Source: an uncultured Gemmatimonadales bacterium (GTDB lineage: Bacteria > Gemmatimonadota > Gemmatimonadetes > Gemmatimonadales > GWC2-71-9). From it: 64,000 bases of DNA. The translations under genes and the position numbers were made by a program. The stretch spans positions 224,001 to 288,000 of the forward strand of contig CAWJMT010000035.1 of the NCBI GenBank assembly GCA_963844035.1. The letters run 5' to 3'. The notes under the pieces are model-generated. The model did no database searches and had not been told where the DNA came from. It worked only from the letters and a program-made list of their open reading frames with translations. Shown here piece after piece: positions 1 to 8,711 of this stretch. How positions within the stretch are numbered: the stretch's first letter is position 1; every line of letters starts with the position of its first letter.

Positions 1-161
1 ACTGCCGACTCCGCGCGTCTCCAAAACGTGCAGGCGGAGGGGACGCTGCCTTCGAAGGTTCGGACTCCCGCAGGCGGGGCGTCTGCCAGCGCGAGCGCGA
101 CCGGCGGCGATGCGAGCCCCAAGGTCGTGGTGAGCGTGGTTGCCATGTCCCGCACGTGCAT
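1..161 (-). CDS. DUF169-like protein, N-terminal part (runs off window)
   Basis: Manual translation from ATG 161 (GGAGGA upstream): MHVRDMATTLTTTLGLASPPVALALADAPPAGVRTFEGSVPSACTFWRRAES, resembling the DUF169 N-terminus (L..PPVA...P....C.FW). Confidence 0.55.
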   Translation of the reverse strand, partial: MHVRDMATTLTTTLGLASPPVALALADAPPAGVRTFEGSVPSACTFWRRAESA

Positions 162-178
162 GTGTCGCGATCCTCCCG

Positions 179-433
179 TTATGAGACTTTGAAAACCTGA
201 TCCTTGGGCCGGGCCCGGTCGCCTACCTGGATCGCGACCTCGACGCCCGCCTGTGCCTGCTCGACCGGCTGATGGTTCACCTGCATCGAGGTGATCGTCG
301 CCGTAAAGTCGGTGGTGTGGCCATGAAAGTGCAGCCGGTCGCCCACCACGAGCTCTCCCGCGGTCAGCTGGACCATCGCCACGCTCGGTCCCTTGAAGAA
401 GTGAATGACGGTTCCGACGAGGTCTTCGGGCAT
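179..433 (-). CDS. small translation-factor-like beta-barrel protein (EF-Tu domain II / U32 peptidase C-terminal-like)
   Basis: 84 aa: VGTVIHFF..PSVA...L.VGD.LHF.GHTTDF...I.SMQ.......A..G..V.I.V..R.R..D.VFK; GGAGG upstream. Confidence 0.7.
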   Translation of the reverse strand: MPEDLVGTVIHFFKGPSVAMVQLTAGELVVGDRLHFHGHTTDFTATITSMQVNHQPVEQAQAGVEVAIQVGDRARPKDQVFKVS

Positions 434-449
434 ATCGCGCCTCCTGGGA

Positions 450-1358
450 TCACGGTGTGTGTGGTTCGGGTCCGGGCGCGGCGCGCGCCCGGGTCAACGT
501 TTTCACCAGCACCTGGTGCTGCGTGCCGAGCTGCATCGCGGCATCGTCCCGCAGTCGCTCGGTGGCGTACACCGCGCCGACCGCGCTGCCGGATCCGCAC
601 AGCCGCACCCAATATGGATGCGTGGCCGCGACGCGCTCGAATAGCGCGCGCAGCACCGGATGACGGCCAAAGACCGGGAGCTCGAAATCGTTTCCGCCCA
701 GCCGTCCCACGCTCCCCCACGTCGCGAGCGCCGGCGCGTCCAGCACGACGGCGCCGCGCGGCGCGGGGGTGACGTGCGCTTCGTCCCACCACCGGTAGGC
801 ATCGGGCGTCGGCACTCCGATCGGCGGCACCGCCACGAGCGCGGGGTTGGCGGGGAGCGGGTCGAGCTGCAGTATCCGCTCCCCCCGACCCCAGCCCAGC
901 GCGAGCGCGGCACCGCTCGCGAAGAACGCGACGTCGGAGCCGATGCGAGCCGCCATCTGCACCAGCTCGGCGCGGGGGACGGCATTGCCGGCAAGCGCAT
1001 TGACGGCGTGGAGCGCCGCTGCTGCATCGCTCGAGCCGCCGCCCAAACCGGCGCGAATGGGAATCCGCTTGGTCAGCTCGATCGCCACGCCGAACCGGTG
1101 GCCGGTCGCCTCGAGCACGGCGCGCGCCGCGCGCGCGGCGAGGTTCTCGTCGGGGCTCCCGAGATCGGGACCTCCCGGGGCGACCTCGAGCGTCACGCCG
1201 CGAGGCGTGCGACGGACCACCAGCTCATCGGCCAGCTCGAGCAGCGCGAACGCGGTCTCGATCTGGTGAAAGCCGCTGGTCTCGCGCGCCAGGATGCGGA
1301 GAAACAGGTTCACCTTGGCGTGAGCGGCGATGCGCACCTGTTCGGCAGCCACGCTCAT
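450..1358 (-). CDS. ispE: 4-diphosphocytidyl-2-C-methyl-D-erythritol kinase
   Basis: AHAKVNLFL, KRIPIRAGLGGGSSDAAA (GHMP kinase motif), GSDVAFF, NDFE, GSGSAV; ATG at 1358 overlaps the upstream stop. Confidence 0.93.
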   Translation of the reverse strand: MSVAAEQVRIAAHAKVNLFLRILARETSGFHQIETAFALLELADELVVRRTPRGVTLEVAPGGPDLGSPDENLAARAARAVLEATGHRFGVAIELTKRIPIRAGLGGGSSDAAAALHAVNALAGNAVPRAELVQMAARIGSDVAFFASGAALALGWGRGERILQLDPLPANPALVAVPPIGVPTPDAYRWWDEAHVTPAPRGAVVLDAPALATWGSVGRLGGNDFELPVFGRHPVLRALFERVAATHPYWVRLCGSGSAVGAVYATERLRDDAAMQLGTQHQVLVKTLTRARAAPGPEPHTP

Positions 1359-2342
1359 TGCTTCGCTCCTTCGCCCCGCCGCAGCTCGTGCAGGCGCACC
1401 TGCGTCCGCGACAGCGAATACAGACCGAGCAGCGTGATCGGGACGAAGCCGCCGAGGTGATACGCGACGGCGTAGCTCACGGCCTGGTCGGGGCCGATCG
1501 CGTACAGCCCGAGTGTGGCGCGCGTGACCGCTTCGAACGGTCCGAAGAACCCCGGGCGATGACGGCAACGCGACGCCGAACCCGATCAGGCCCTGGAGCA
1601 GGAACGCGGCTTCCCACGGGACGGCAAGCCCAAAGGCCCGGAAACAGACGGCGAACGATAACCCGTTCACCACCCACAGTACGAGCGACCAAGCGACGAC
1701 GCCGGCGAACCGTCGCGGATTCTTGAGCACCGCGAGCCCGGCGACCAGCCCCTCCGCCACGACGCTCAATCGCGCGGCGTAGCGCGCGGGAAGTGCGGCG
1801 TGCAACGCCCGCCGTGCAAACCCGAGCCACGGCGCGGGCCGATAGGCCACGAGCATGGCGACGCCGAGCATCAGGAGGAACAGCGCCGCCGCCCAGGCCG
1901 CGATTTGCGACAGCGTTGCTCCGCCGACCGTGCCATGACGGGGAAAGGACGGCGCGGCGATCGCGGCTGTGAGCAGCGCCACCATCACGAGCCCGTCGAA
2001 TACGCGCTCCACCGCGATGGAGGCCAGCGCCGTCGCGAAGCTCACAGGGAGCTGGCGGTTGGCGAGATACGCTCGCGCGAATTCGCCCGCGCGCGCAGGG
2101 AGGAGGTTGTTCGCCATGAATCCCACGGCCGTGGCGTGCCACATGGGCGTCAGGGGGAATGGCCGCTCGTCGGCATCGCGCAGAATTACGCGCCACCGGA
2201 CCGTACGGAGCGGGAAGCTTGCGGTGGCGAGCGCGATGGCGGTGGCGAAGAGCAGCGGATCGGCGCGGCGCATGTGGCCGAGCACGGCACGCGCATCGAC
2301 TCCGTGCAGGGCCCAGGCCAGGAGCAACGCGGTGACGACCAA
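1355..2342 (-). CDS. lysylphosphatidylglycerol synthase TM / flippase-like (YbhN-type) membrane protein; apparent frameshift near 1550
   Basis: R..RW..IL, GFMANNLLPARAGEFARA, SIAVERVFDG, PSSPG; C-terminus (FGPFEAVTRATLGLY...YHLGGFVPITLLG) lies in another frame; start uncertain. Confidence 0.8.
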
Positions 2343-2379
2343 CCCGATCGCCCACGCCCAGGGCGACGCGGGTCGCCCG

Positions 2380-4125
2380 CTACGGACCGGGGTGGGCAGC
2401 GGGCGGGGGTCCCGGCTCGATCGCGAGAGCGACGAGGTCGCAGACCTCGTCGATCAGGTCATGGAGGGCGTCGCCCGAAACGAGGCGCGCCTTGGCGCGC
2501 AGCTCCTGCGCACGCGCCAGCGCACTGTTGCCGCGGTAGAGCAGGGAGCGCACGTCGACGACCGGCGGCTCTGGCGTCGGCACGGCGGCGTGGGCCACGG
2601 GCGCTGGAGCACGCGGCGGCACCGGGCGCGCCGTATCGCGCGAGGGTGTCGCGAGCAGCGTTTCGAGGGACGAGGGCCGATCCCGGCGTCCACCAGCCGC
2701 TGGTACGACACCCACGACCCGACGAGGTCGGCGGATTCGGGGATCGCGTCTTCACCTGCGGGGGCCGGAGTTGGCGCGGCAGCCGCGGGTGTGGTCGGCA
2801 CCGCAGCGGCCGGCCTGGCGTGGACGGCGGGTCCCGGCGGCGGGCGCCGGCGGGGATGCCAGTGCGGAGCGCGGCAGTGCCCGGAACCAGCAGTGCCCGT
2901 ACCGCCGCGGTCAGCCCGTCCAACTCTCCGACCAGCGCTGCTTCGTCACCCGACCCCGATTGCGTCGAGCAGGTCACCGACCCGCCGCAGCAAGGCCGCG
3001 AACGGGTTAGGGGCCCGAACCGCGACTCCGCTCGTCACGACCTCCCGCGCGGCGACGGCGAACTGCGCGACCCGATCGGCGAGCGGCCCACCGCCCGACG
3101 TCGGCGAGCGCGCGGAACGTGCTGGCGAGTGTATGGGCTCGCAGCTCGCGCTGCGTGGTGCTGGGCGCGCGCTCGAGCGAGTCAGCCGCCTGGCGGAGGT
3201 GCTCGCCGTGGCTCACCAGCTCGAGCCGCCCCAGGGTCGCGGGGCGCGCGGCGGCGACGCCCTGTTGCACGATGTGCGGCCCGGCATCGTCGAAGTAGAG
3301 CGAGGAGACCGGCACGACGTCCGGCTCGGTCTCGCTGAACCGCAGCAGCAGATCGGCAAACTGCCGGAAGGCCGGCTCCCTCGGGATCGGGCCGGCCCAT
3401 CTCCGCCACTTCCCGAGCGCCACGCGCGATCGCCCCGGCCGCGGCCTGGAACACCTCGGCGACGTTGGCGGGCACCGTGAACTCGGGCCGCGCCAGCTCG
3501 CCGATGGTGCGCTCGATCCCTTCCAGCAGGTCGGGGAGCGGCGGCAGGTCGGTCAGGGCCGCGAGGCCGCGCAGCGGCTGGAGCGCGCGGAGCACGTGCT
3601 GCAGCGGATCCTGGGCTCGAGGATTGGCGCGCAACGCCTGTGCAGCGCGGTCGAGCGCGCTGGCGATGGCCGCTCCTTCACGCGCCACGAAGGCGCGCGC
3701 GCCCGCATCCAAACCCACCGCCGCCGCGACCTGGGCAGGCGGCCCGGGACGCCCGCCGCGCTGTTCGAGCTCCGCGGCGAGGGCTTCGGCCTTGGCCGTG
3801 TCGGCCTCGGTCCACGCGGCGGCCCGACGAACGAACACCTTGAGGTCGTCCACGGCGCGGATGGCGATCTGCTTCGTCTGCGGATCCCAGGTGTTGCGTC
3901 CTTCCCGGATGCCGCGCGCCACCGCCTTCCACGCCGGCGGCTGCCCGGGCGATGGCGGGCTGGCTCGCCATCAACGCGCTGCCCCGCAGCGCGCGCGCCA
4001 GCCGTACGAACTCGTCGGTCGCGAGCGTCGGGTTTCTGCATCACCGCGTCCAGACGCTCGAGATACTCCCCCGCCTCGAGGGCGAAGAAGTCGGACATCC
4101 CGAGCGGTTTACCGGGCTCCGTCAT
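2380..4125 (-). CDS. Hpt/CheA-P1-like helical-bundle protein; several apparent frameshifts
   Basis: Stitched path: MSDFFALEAGEYLERLD...FVRLARALRGSALMA...VLRALQPLRGLAAL...VVDVRSLLYRGNSALARAQELR. Confidence 0.6.
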
Positions 4126-4150
4126 GGGAGAGAACTTAAGCAATCAGACG

Positions 4151-4868
4151 TCAGCTGGCAGCCTCATCGACCAATCTCCTCATTCTCCGCACCGCCTCTT
4201 CCAACCCCCAGTACACGGCGTTGCTCACGATCGTGTGACCGATGTTCAGCTCTTCGATCTCCGGAATTGCGGCGACGGGCTGGACGTTTTCGTAGGTCAG
4301 GCCATGCCCCGCGTGGACCGCGAGGCCGCGTTCGGCGGCGTGGCGTGGCGGCGCGGCGCAGCTGTCGCAAGGCCGCGTCGCTCTTGCGCCACGTCTGCGC
4401 GTAGCGCCCGGTGTGCAGCTCGATCGCGGGGACGCCCAGGGCGGCCGCGCGGTCGATCGTGCGGAGATCGGGGTCGATGAAGAGACTGACGCGGACGCCG
4501 GCGCGCATGAGCCGGGCCACTGCGTCGGCGACGCGACGGTCGCCCGGCCTGAGCGCCAGGCCGCCCTCGGTGGTGATCTCGCGACGCCGCTCGGGGACGA
4601 CCGTGGCCTGGAACGGACGTGCCCGGCATGCGAAGCGGACGATGTCGGGGTGCGCGCCGAGCTCGAGATTCACGAGCGTGCGGACGCTGCGCTGCAGTGC
4701 GCGAATGTCCGCGTCCTGAATGTGCCGCCGGTCCTCGCGCAGGTGCGCCGTGATGCCATCGGCGCCACCGCGTTCGCACTCCGCTGCGGCGCGCGCGGGA
4801 TCGGGTTCGTCGGTCTTGCGCGCCTCGCGCAGCGTCGCGACGTGATCAATGTTGACGTAGAGCCGCAT
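4151..4868 (-). CDS. pdxJ: pyridoxine 5'-phosphate synthase; apparent frameshift near 4340
   Basis: [50 protein letters not shown] and ELNIGH in the second frame, stop at 4151. Confidence 0.93.
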
Positions 4869-4917
4869 GCTCCCTTACCTTCGGATCACTTCGTCAATCG
4901 CAAGGTGGTGCCTCGTG

Positions 4918-5376
4918 ATGCGACGGCTGTCTGTGCTCCTGGTGTTGGGCAGCCTCGGTTGCGGGTCGCAGCCCCAATCGACGACGGCGCCGACGCCGCA
5001 ATCCCTCAACGACGCGGTGGTCCAGTTCATGGCTGCCGTGAAAGCCAAAGATATCGAGCGGATGGGCAACTTGTGGGGCACCGAGCGCGGGCCCGCCGCC
5101 GATTGGATGAAGCCCGAAGAGCTGAAGATGCGGCTCACCGTGATCCAGAAATACCTCGCATCCGACGGGTACAGAATTCTCGAGGGCCCGCTCCCGGTCC
5201 CGGGCCGCGACGACATGCGCGCGTTCAAAGTCGAGCTCCAGCGCGCGCAGTGCAACACGGTCGCAACGCTCGACCTCATGCGCGCCGGCAGCGGCAGATG
5301 GCTGGTCTCCGATCCGCACCTGGAGACCCTCAGCAATCCCGCCGCTGCCTGCAAGCCCCGGAGCCCCGGAACCTGA
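4918..5376 (+). CDS. hypothetical lipoprotein
   Basis: MRRLSVLLVLGSLGC lipobox-like signal followed by a globular domain (AVVQFMAAVKAKDIERMGNLWG). Confidence 0.65.
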   Translation: MRRLSVLLVLGSLGCGSQPQSTTAPTPQSLNDAVVQFMAAVKAKDIERMGNLWGTERGPAADWMKPEELKMRLTVIQKYLASDGYRILEGPLPVPGRDDMRAFKVELQRAQCNTVATLDLMRAGSGRWLVSDPHLETLSNPAAACKPRSPGT

Positions 5377-5394
5377 CCGTTGGCATCGGCGTTC

Positions 5395-5793
5395 CTACTC
5401 CGTCAGCTCGACCAAGATGCCGGCAGTAGCTTTGGGATGCAGGAACGCGATGCGGCGGCCGCCGGCGCCGGCCCGTGGGGTGCTGTCAACCAGCTGGTAA
5501 CCCGCGGCGCGGCATTGCTGGAGAGCGCGGTCGAGATCCGGGACCCGGTAGCAAATGTGGTGGATCCCCGGGCCGCGGCGGGCCAGGAACTTGGCGATCG
5601 GGCTGTCGGTTGCGACAGGCTCGAGCAGCTCCACCCGGACGTCGCCGAGTGTCAGGCTGACGATCGTGGCGCCGTCGGCGGTTTCCGGAGGCCCGGGCAC
5701 CAGTCCGAGGACGTCGCGATAAAAAGGAAGGGCGGCGGCGATGCTGGCCACCGCAATGCCGACATGAGCGACCCGAACCGGTGCGTCCACCAT
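5395..5793 (-). CDS. mce: methylmalonyl-CoA epimerase (VOC family)
   Basis: HVGIAV, VELLEP...SPIAKFL..RGPGIHHIC, R.GAGG..IAFLHPK...GILVEL. Confidence 0.9.
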   Translation of the reverse strand: MVDAPVRVAHVGIAVASIAAALPFYRDVLGLVPGPPETADGATIVSLTLGDVRVELLEPVATDSPIAKFLARRGPGIHHICYRVPDLDRALQQCRAAGYQLVDSTPRAGAGGRRIAFLHPKATAGILVELTE

Positions 5794-5836
5794 AGCGGTC
5801 GCAACTTAATGATTACGCGAGAAGGAGTGCAGGGTC

Positions 5837-6169
5837 ATGGAAGGTGTGCATCCGATAGCCGTTACCGACGCCTCATTCGGGAGTGAGGTAGAGCAGCATC
5901 AGGGGCTTGCGATCGTCGATTTTTGGGCGACGTGGTGCGGCCCCTGCCATATGGTGGCCCCGATCATCGACCAGCTTGCCGGGGAGTACGACGGCAAGGT
6001 CAAGGTCACGAAGGTGGACGTGGACGCCAACCAGCGGACCGCCATGCGCTTTAACGTTCGCTCCATACCGAGTATTCTATTCTTCAAGGACGGACGCCAC
6101 GTGGATACCCTCGTGGGCGCGTATCCCAAGACGGTGCTCGACCAGAAGATTCAACAGCACCTGTCGTAG
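5837..6169 (+). CDS. trxA: thioredoxin
   Basis: DFWATWCGPC, VRSIP, 110 aa; GAAGGAG RBS. Confidence 0.95.
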   Translation: MEGVHPIAVTDASFGSEVEQHQGLAIVDFWATWCGPCHMVAPIIDQLAGEYDGKVKVTKVDVDANQRTAMRFNVRSIPSILFFKDGRHVDTLVGAYPKTVLDQKIQQHLS

Positions 6170-6187
6170 CATCCTCCCCGGAGGGCC

Positions 6188-7186
6188 ATGCGCGCGAGCA
6201 CGGCTCGCTTGATGAACTCGCCGGTTCGCCTTGCGGATCTGTCGTTTCCGCAGGCGGGTCGGCTCGTTCATCGTACCCGCCTGGCCTTCATCCATCTCGA
6301 CAATCTGCTCGCGTTCGGGAAGCGAGACCGCGACGGGCGCGTGGACGGATACCTGACCGCGCACCTCCCCGACGAGTGCCTGATCGTGTTCCTCCGTAAA
6401 GGGGACGCGGTCAACGCCGCGTCCATGCACACGACGGGCCGCGAAGTCATCACGATCACCGAAGCCCTCCGGCGGATGCGCGCGGAGGTCGAGCGGGGCG
6501 ATCTGGCCTACTCGACCGCGCCGATGGTGCAGCTTGCGTGGATGTATCAATCGTGCGCCGTCGACCTGCAGCCACGCACGCTCGACCCGAAAGAGCCGCA
6601 GGCGTTCTTTCCCTCGCTCCGTCAAGAGCAAGTGACGGGCGTCATCGAGTTGATCTCCGACGGCCGGGTCTCCTACCTTCGCTTCGACGGTGGACGATTC
6701 GCCGAAGGGTTTTTCTGTGACAAACCCGATCAGGTGGAGGCAGCGCCGTACCTGGAGTTACAGCTGCGGGCCCACACGCTCTCGGCGGTCATGTTCCCCC
6801 CGGTGTCGGATCTGCCGGCGCAGGCACCCACGTCGCTCATCAACACGTACCGCGAGTTGTACTGGCGCATCGCCGATGAAGTAGAGAAGGAGCTCCCCGG
6901 TCAGGGACGCCGCCGGGCCCAGAAGGTGTGTACCGGAATCATGGGAACGCACAAGGCGCTTGCGCTGCTCAGCTCGCCGCGCGGAACGGACCTGCCCGAA
7001 ACGGTGGTTCGGCCCGAAGATCTCTCCAGCGCCCTGTCCGACTGGTCGCTGCAGCTGCTCGAGGGCGTCGAAGTCATGATGCCGGGCACCGCCCCGAGGA
7101 TTCTGAAGGAAGCGACGAAGGAGCACCGGTACGTGCTGCAGTCGGCCGGATTCTACGGCCCACTGCCGTGGCAATTGGCGTGGTGA
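6188..7186 (+). CDS. conserved hypothetical protein
   Basis: 332-aa ORF with protein-like composition between trxA and rsmI; no recognised motif. Confidence 0.65.
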   Translation: MRASTARLMNSPVRLADLSFPQAGRLVHRTRLAFIHLDNLLAFGKRDRDGRVDGYLTAHLPDECLIVFLRKGDAVNAASMHTTGREVITITEALRRMRAEVERGDLAYSTAPMVQLAWMYQSCAVDLQPRTLDPKEPQAFFPSLRQEQVTGVIELISDGRVSYLRFDGGRFAEGFFCDKPDQVEAAPYLELQLRAHTLSAVMFPPVSDLPAQAPTSLINTYRELYWRIADEVEKELPGQGRRRAQKVCTGIMGTHKALALLSSPRGTDLPETVVRPEDLSSALSDWSLQLLEGVEVMMPGTAPRILKEATKEHRYVLQSAGFYGPLPWQLAW

Positions 7187-7187
7187 G

Positions 7188-8018
7188 ATGTCGGGCACCC
7201 TCTATATCGTCGCCACGCCGCTTGGCAACCTCGACGACCTGTCCCCCCGCGCTGCGGCCACCCTGTGCCGGGTGACCACCGTCGCTGCTGAAGACACACG
7301 GCGAACAAAAACGCTGATGGTGCACGTCGGCTCCAACGCCGACTTGACGAGCTTCCACGCCCACTCCTCCGACTCGGCACTGCAACGCATCCTGCACTTG
7401 CTCGGCACCGGCAAGGACGTCGCCCTGGTGACCGACGCCGGTACCCCCACGGTGAGCGATCCCGGCGCCCTGCTGGTGGCCGCCGCGCGAGCGCGCGACG
7501 TTCCCGTGGTGTCGATCCCGGGACCCACCGCCGTGGCTGCAGCGCTGTCGGTATCCGGGATCTCCGGCGACCGCTACGTGTTTCTGGGATTCCTGCCCCG
7601 CAAGGGCACGGACCGGCGACGCCTGCTGGACACCATCGCGAAGAGCGAATGGACCGTCGTGGTGTTCGAAGCGCCCAACCGGGTCGCGGAGCTGTTGAGC
7701 GACCTCGCGTCGGCTTGTGGCGGCGAGCGCTCCGCGGCGGTTGCCCGGGAGCTCACCAAGATTTTCGAGGAGACGCGGACCGGGACGCTGGCTGAGCTGG
7801 CGGCGTACTACGCAGAGGCTCCCCCGCGCGGCGAGGTGACGGTCGTGGTGTCCGGGACCGGCCGCCCGGTCCAAGCGGACGAACGGCCTCCCGATCCGGA
7901 AGAGCGAGCCCGCGCGCTCCTGGCCCAGGGCATGACCCGCAAGGACGTCGCCGAGCGGATTGCGACGGAGACGGGAATCACACGAAATACGGCGTACCGG
8001 TTGGTGAACGAACTGTGA
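7188..8018 (+). CDS. rsmI: 16S rRNA (cytidine1402-2'-O)-methyltransferase
   Basis: GTLYIVATPLGNLDDLSPRA, AEDTRRT, VTDAGTP.VSDPG, ARELTKIFEE, RGEV. Confidence 0.95.
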   Translation: MSGTLYIVATPLGNLDDLSPRAAATLCRVTTVAAEDTRRTKTLMVHVGSNADLTSFHAHSSDSALQRILHLLGTGKDVALVTDAGTPTVSDPGALLVAAARARDVPVVSIPGPTAVAAALSVSGISGDRYVFLGFLPRKGTDRRRLLDTIAKSEWTVVVFEAPNRVAELLSDLASACGGERSAAVARELTKIFEETRTGTLAELAAYYAEAPPRGEVTVVVSGTGRPVQADERPPDPEERARALLAQGMTRKDVAERIATETGITRNTAYRLVNEL

Positions 8019-8028
8019 GAGGCGGGAT

Positions 8029-8111
8029 GGACGGGCAGGCGGTTAGGCGGTGTGGCGGTCGTCTGCCTGGCGGTTCTTGCTACCGCCTGCCCGCCCAACC
8101 GCCCGACCGCC
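8029..8111. repeat. inverted pair of 8-bp tandem arrays (NGGCGGTN x4 / NACCGCCN x4)
   Basis: ggacgggc aggcggtt aggcggtg tggcggtc ... accgcct gcccgccc aaccgccc gaccgcc. Confidence 0.75.
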
Positions 8112-8711
8112 GCCTCACTCACCATCGGTCGTCTCCACTACGACGGCGGCGGCGATTGGTACGCCGGTCCATCGTCGTTGCCCAACCTGCTCGCCGCGAT
8201 TCGCGCGCGGACGTCGCTGCAGGTGGCGGAGCGGGAGCGCATCGTCACGCTGCGCAGCGCCGACCTGTGGGACGTCCCGTACCTGTTCATGCGAGGACAC
8301 GGCAACGTCCACTTTGCCGACGACGAGGTGACGCTGCTGCGCCGCTACCTGGAGCAGGGTGGGTTTCTCCATGCTGACGATGACTACGGAATGGACGCTG
8401 CGTTCCGGCGGGAAATCCAGCGCGTGTTCCCCGACCACCCCCTCGTAGAAGTGCCGTTGACGCACCCCATCTATCATCTGGTGTATGACTTCCCTCGCGG
8501 CCTGCCCAAGATCCACGAGCACGACGGCCTCCCTGCGCAGGGCTTCGGGATTTTTTTGGGAGAGCGACTCGCCGTATACTATTCCTACCAGACTGATCTC
8601 GGCGACGGTTGGGAAGACCCGGAGGTACACCACGACCCCCCAGAGCTCCACGAAGCGGCGCTGCGCATGGGCGTCAATCTCTTCACGTACGCGGTGAGCG
8701 CGATCCGGTGA
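8052..8711 (+). CDS. DUF4159 domain protein (exported)
   Basis: RLHYDGGGDWY..PSSLPNL, PYLFM.GHG, GGFLHADD.YG, GLPKIHEHDG, DLGDGWED, ALRMGVN; true start may lie slightly upstream. Confidence 0.85.
   Translation: MAVVCLAVLATACPPNRPTAASLTIGRLHYDGGGDWYAGPSSLPNLLAAIRARTSLQVAERERIVTLRSADLWDVPYLFMRGHGNVHFADDEVTLLRRYLEQGGFLHADDDYGMDAAFRREIQRVFPDHPLVEVPLTHPIYHLVYDFPRGLPKIHEHDGLPAQGFGIFLGERLAVYYSYQTDLGDGWEDPEVHHDPPELHEAALRMGVNLFTYAVSAIR

Noticed and set aside
450..2342. 630-aa flippase-IspE fusion ORF
   Set aside because: The flippase C-terminus continues in another frame and stops at 1355, overlapping the ispE ATG; the fusion is an indel artefact.
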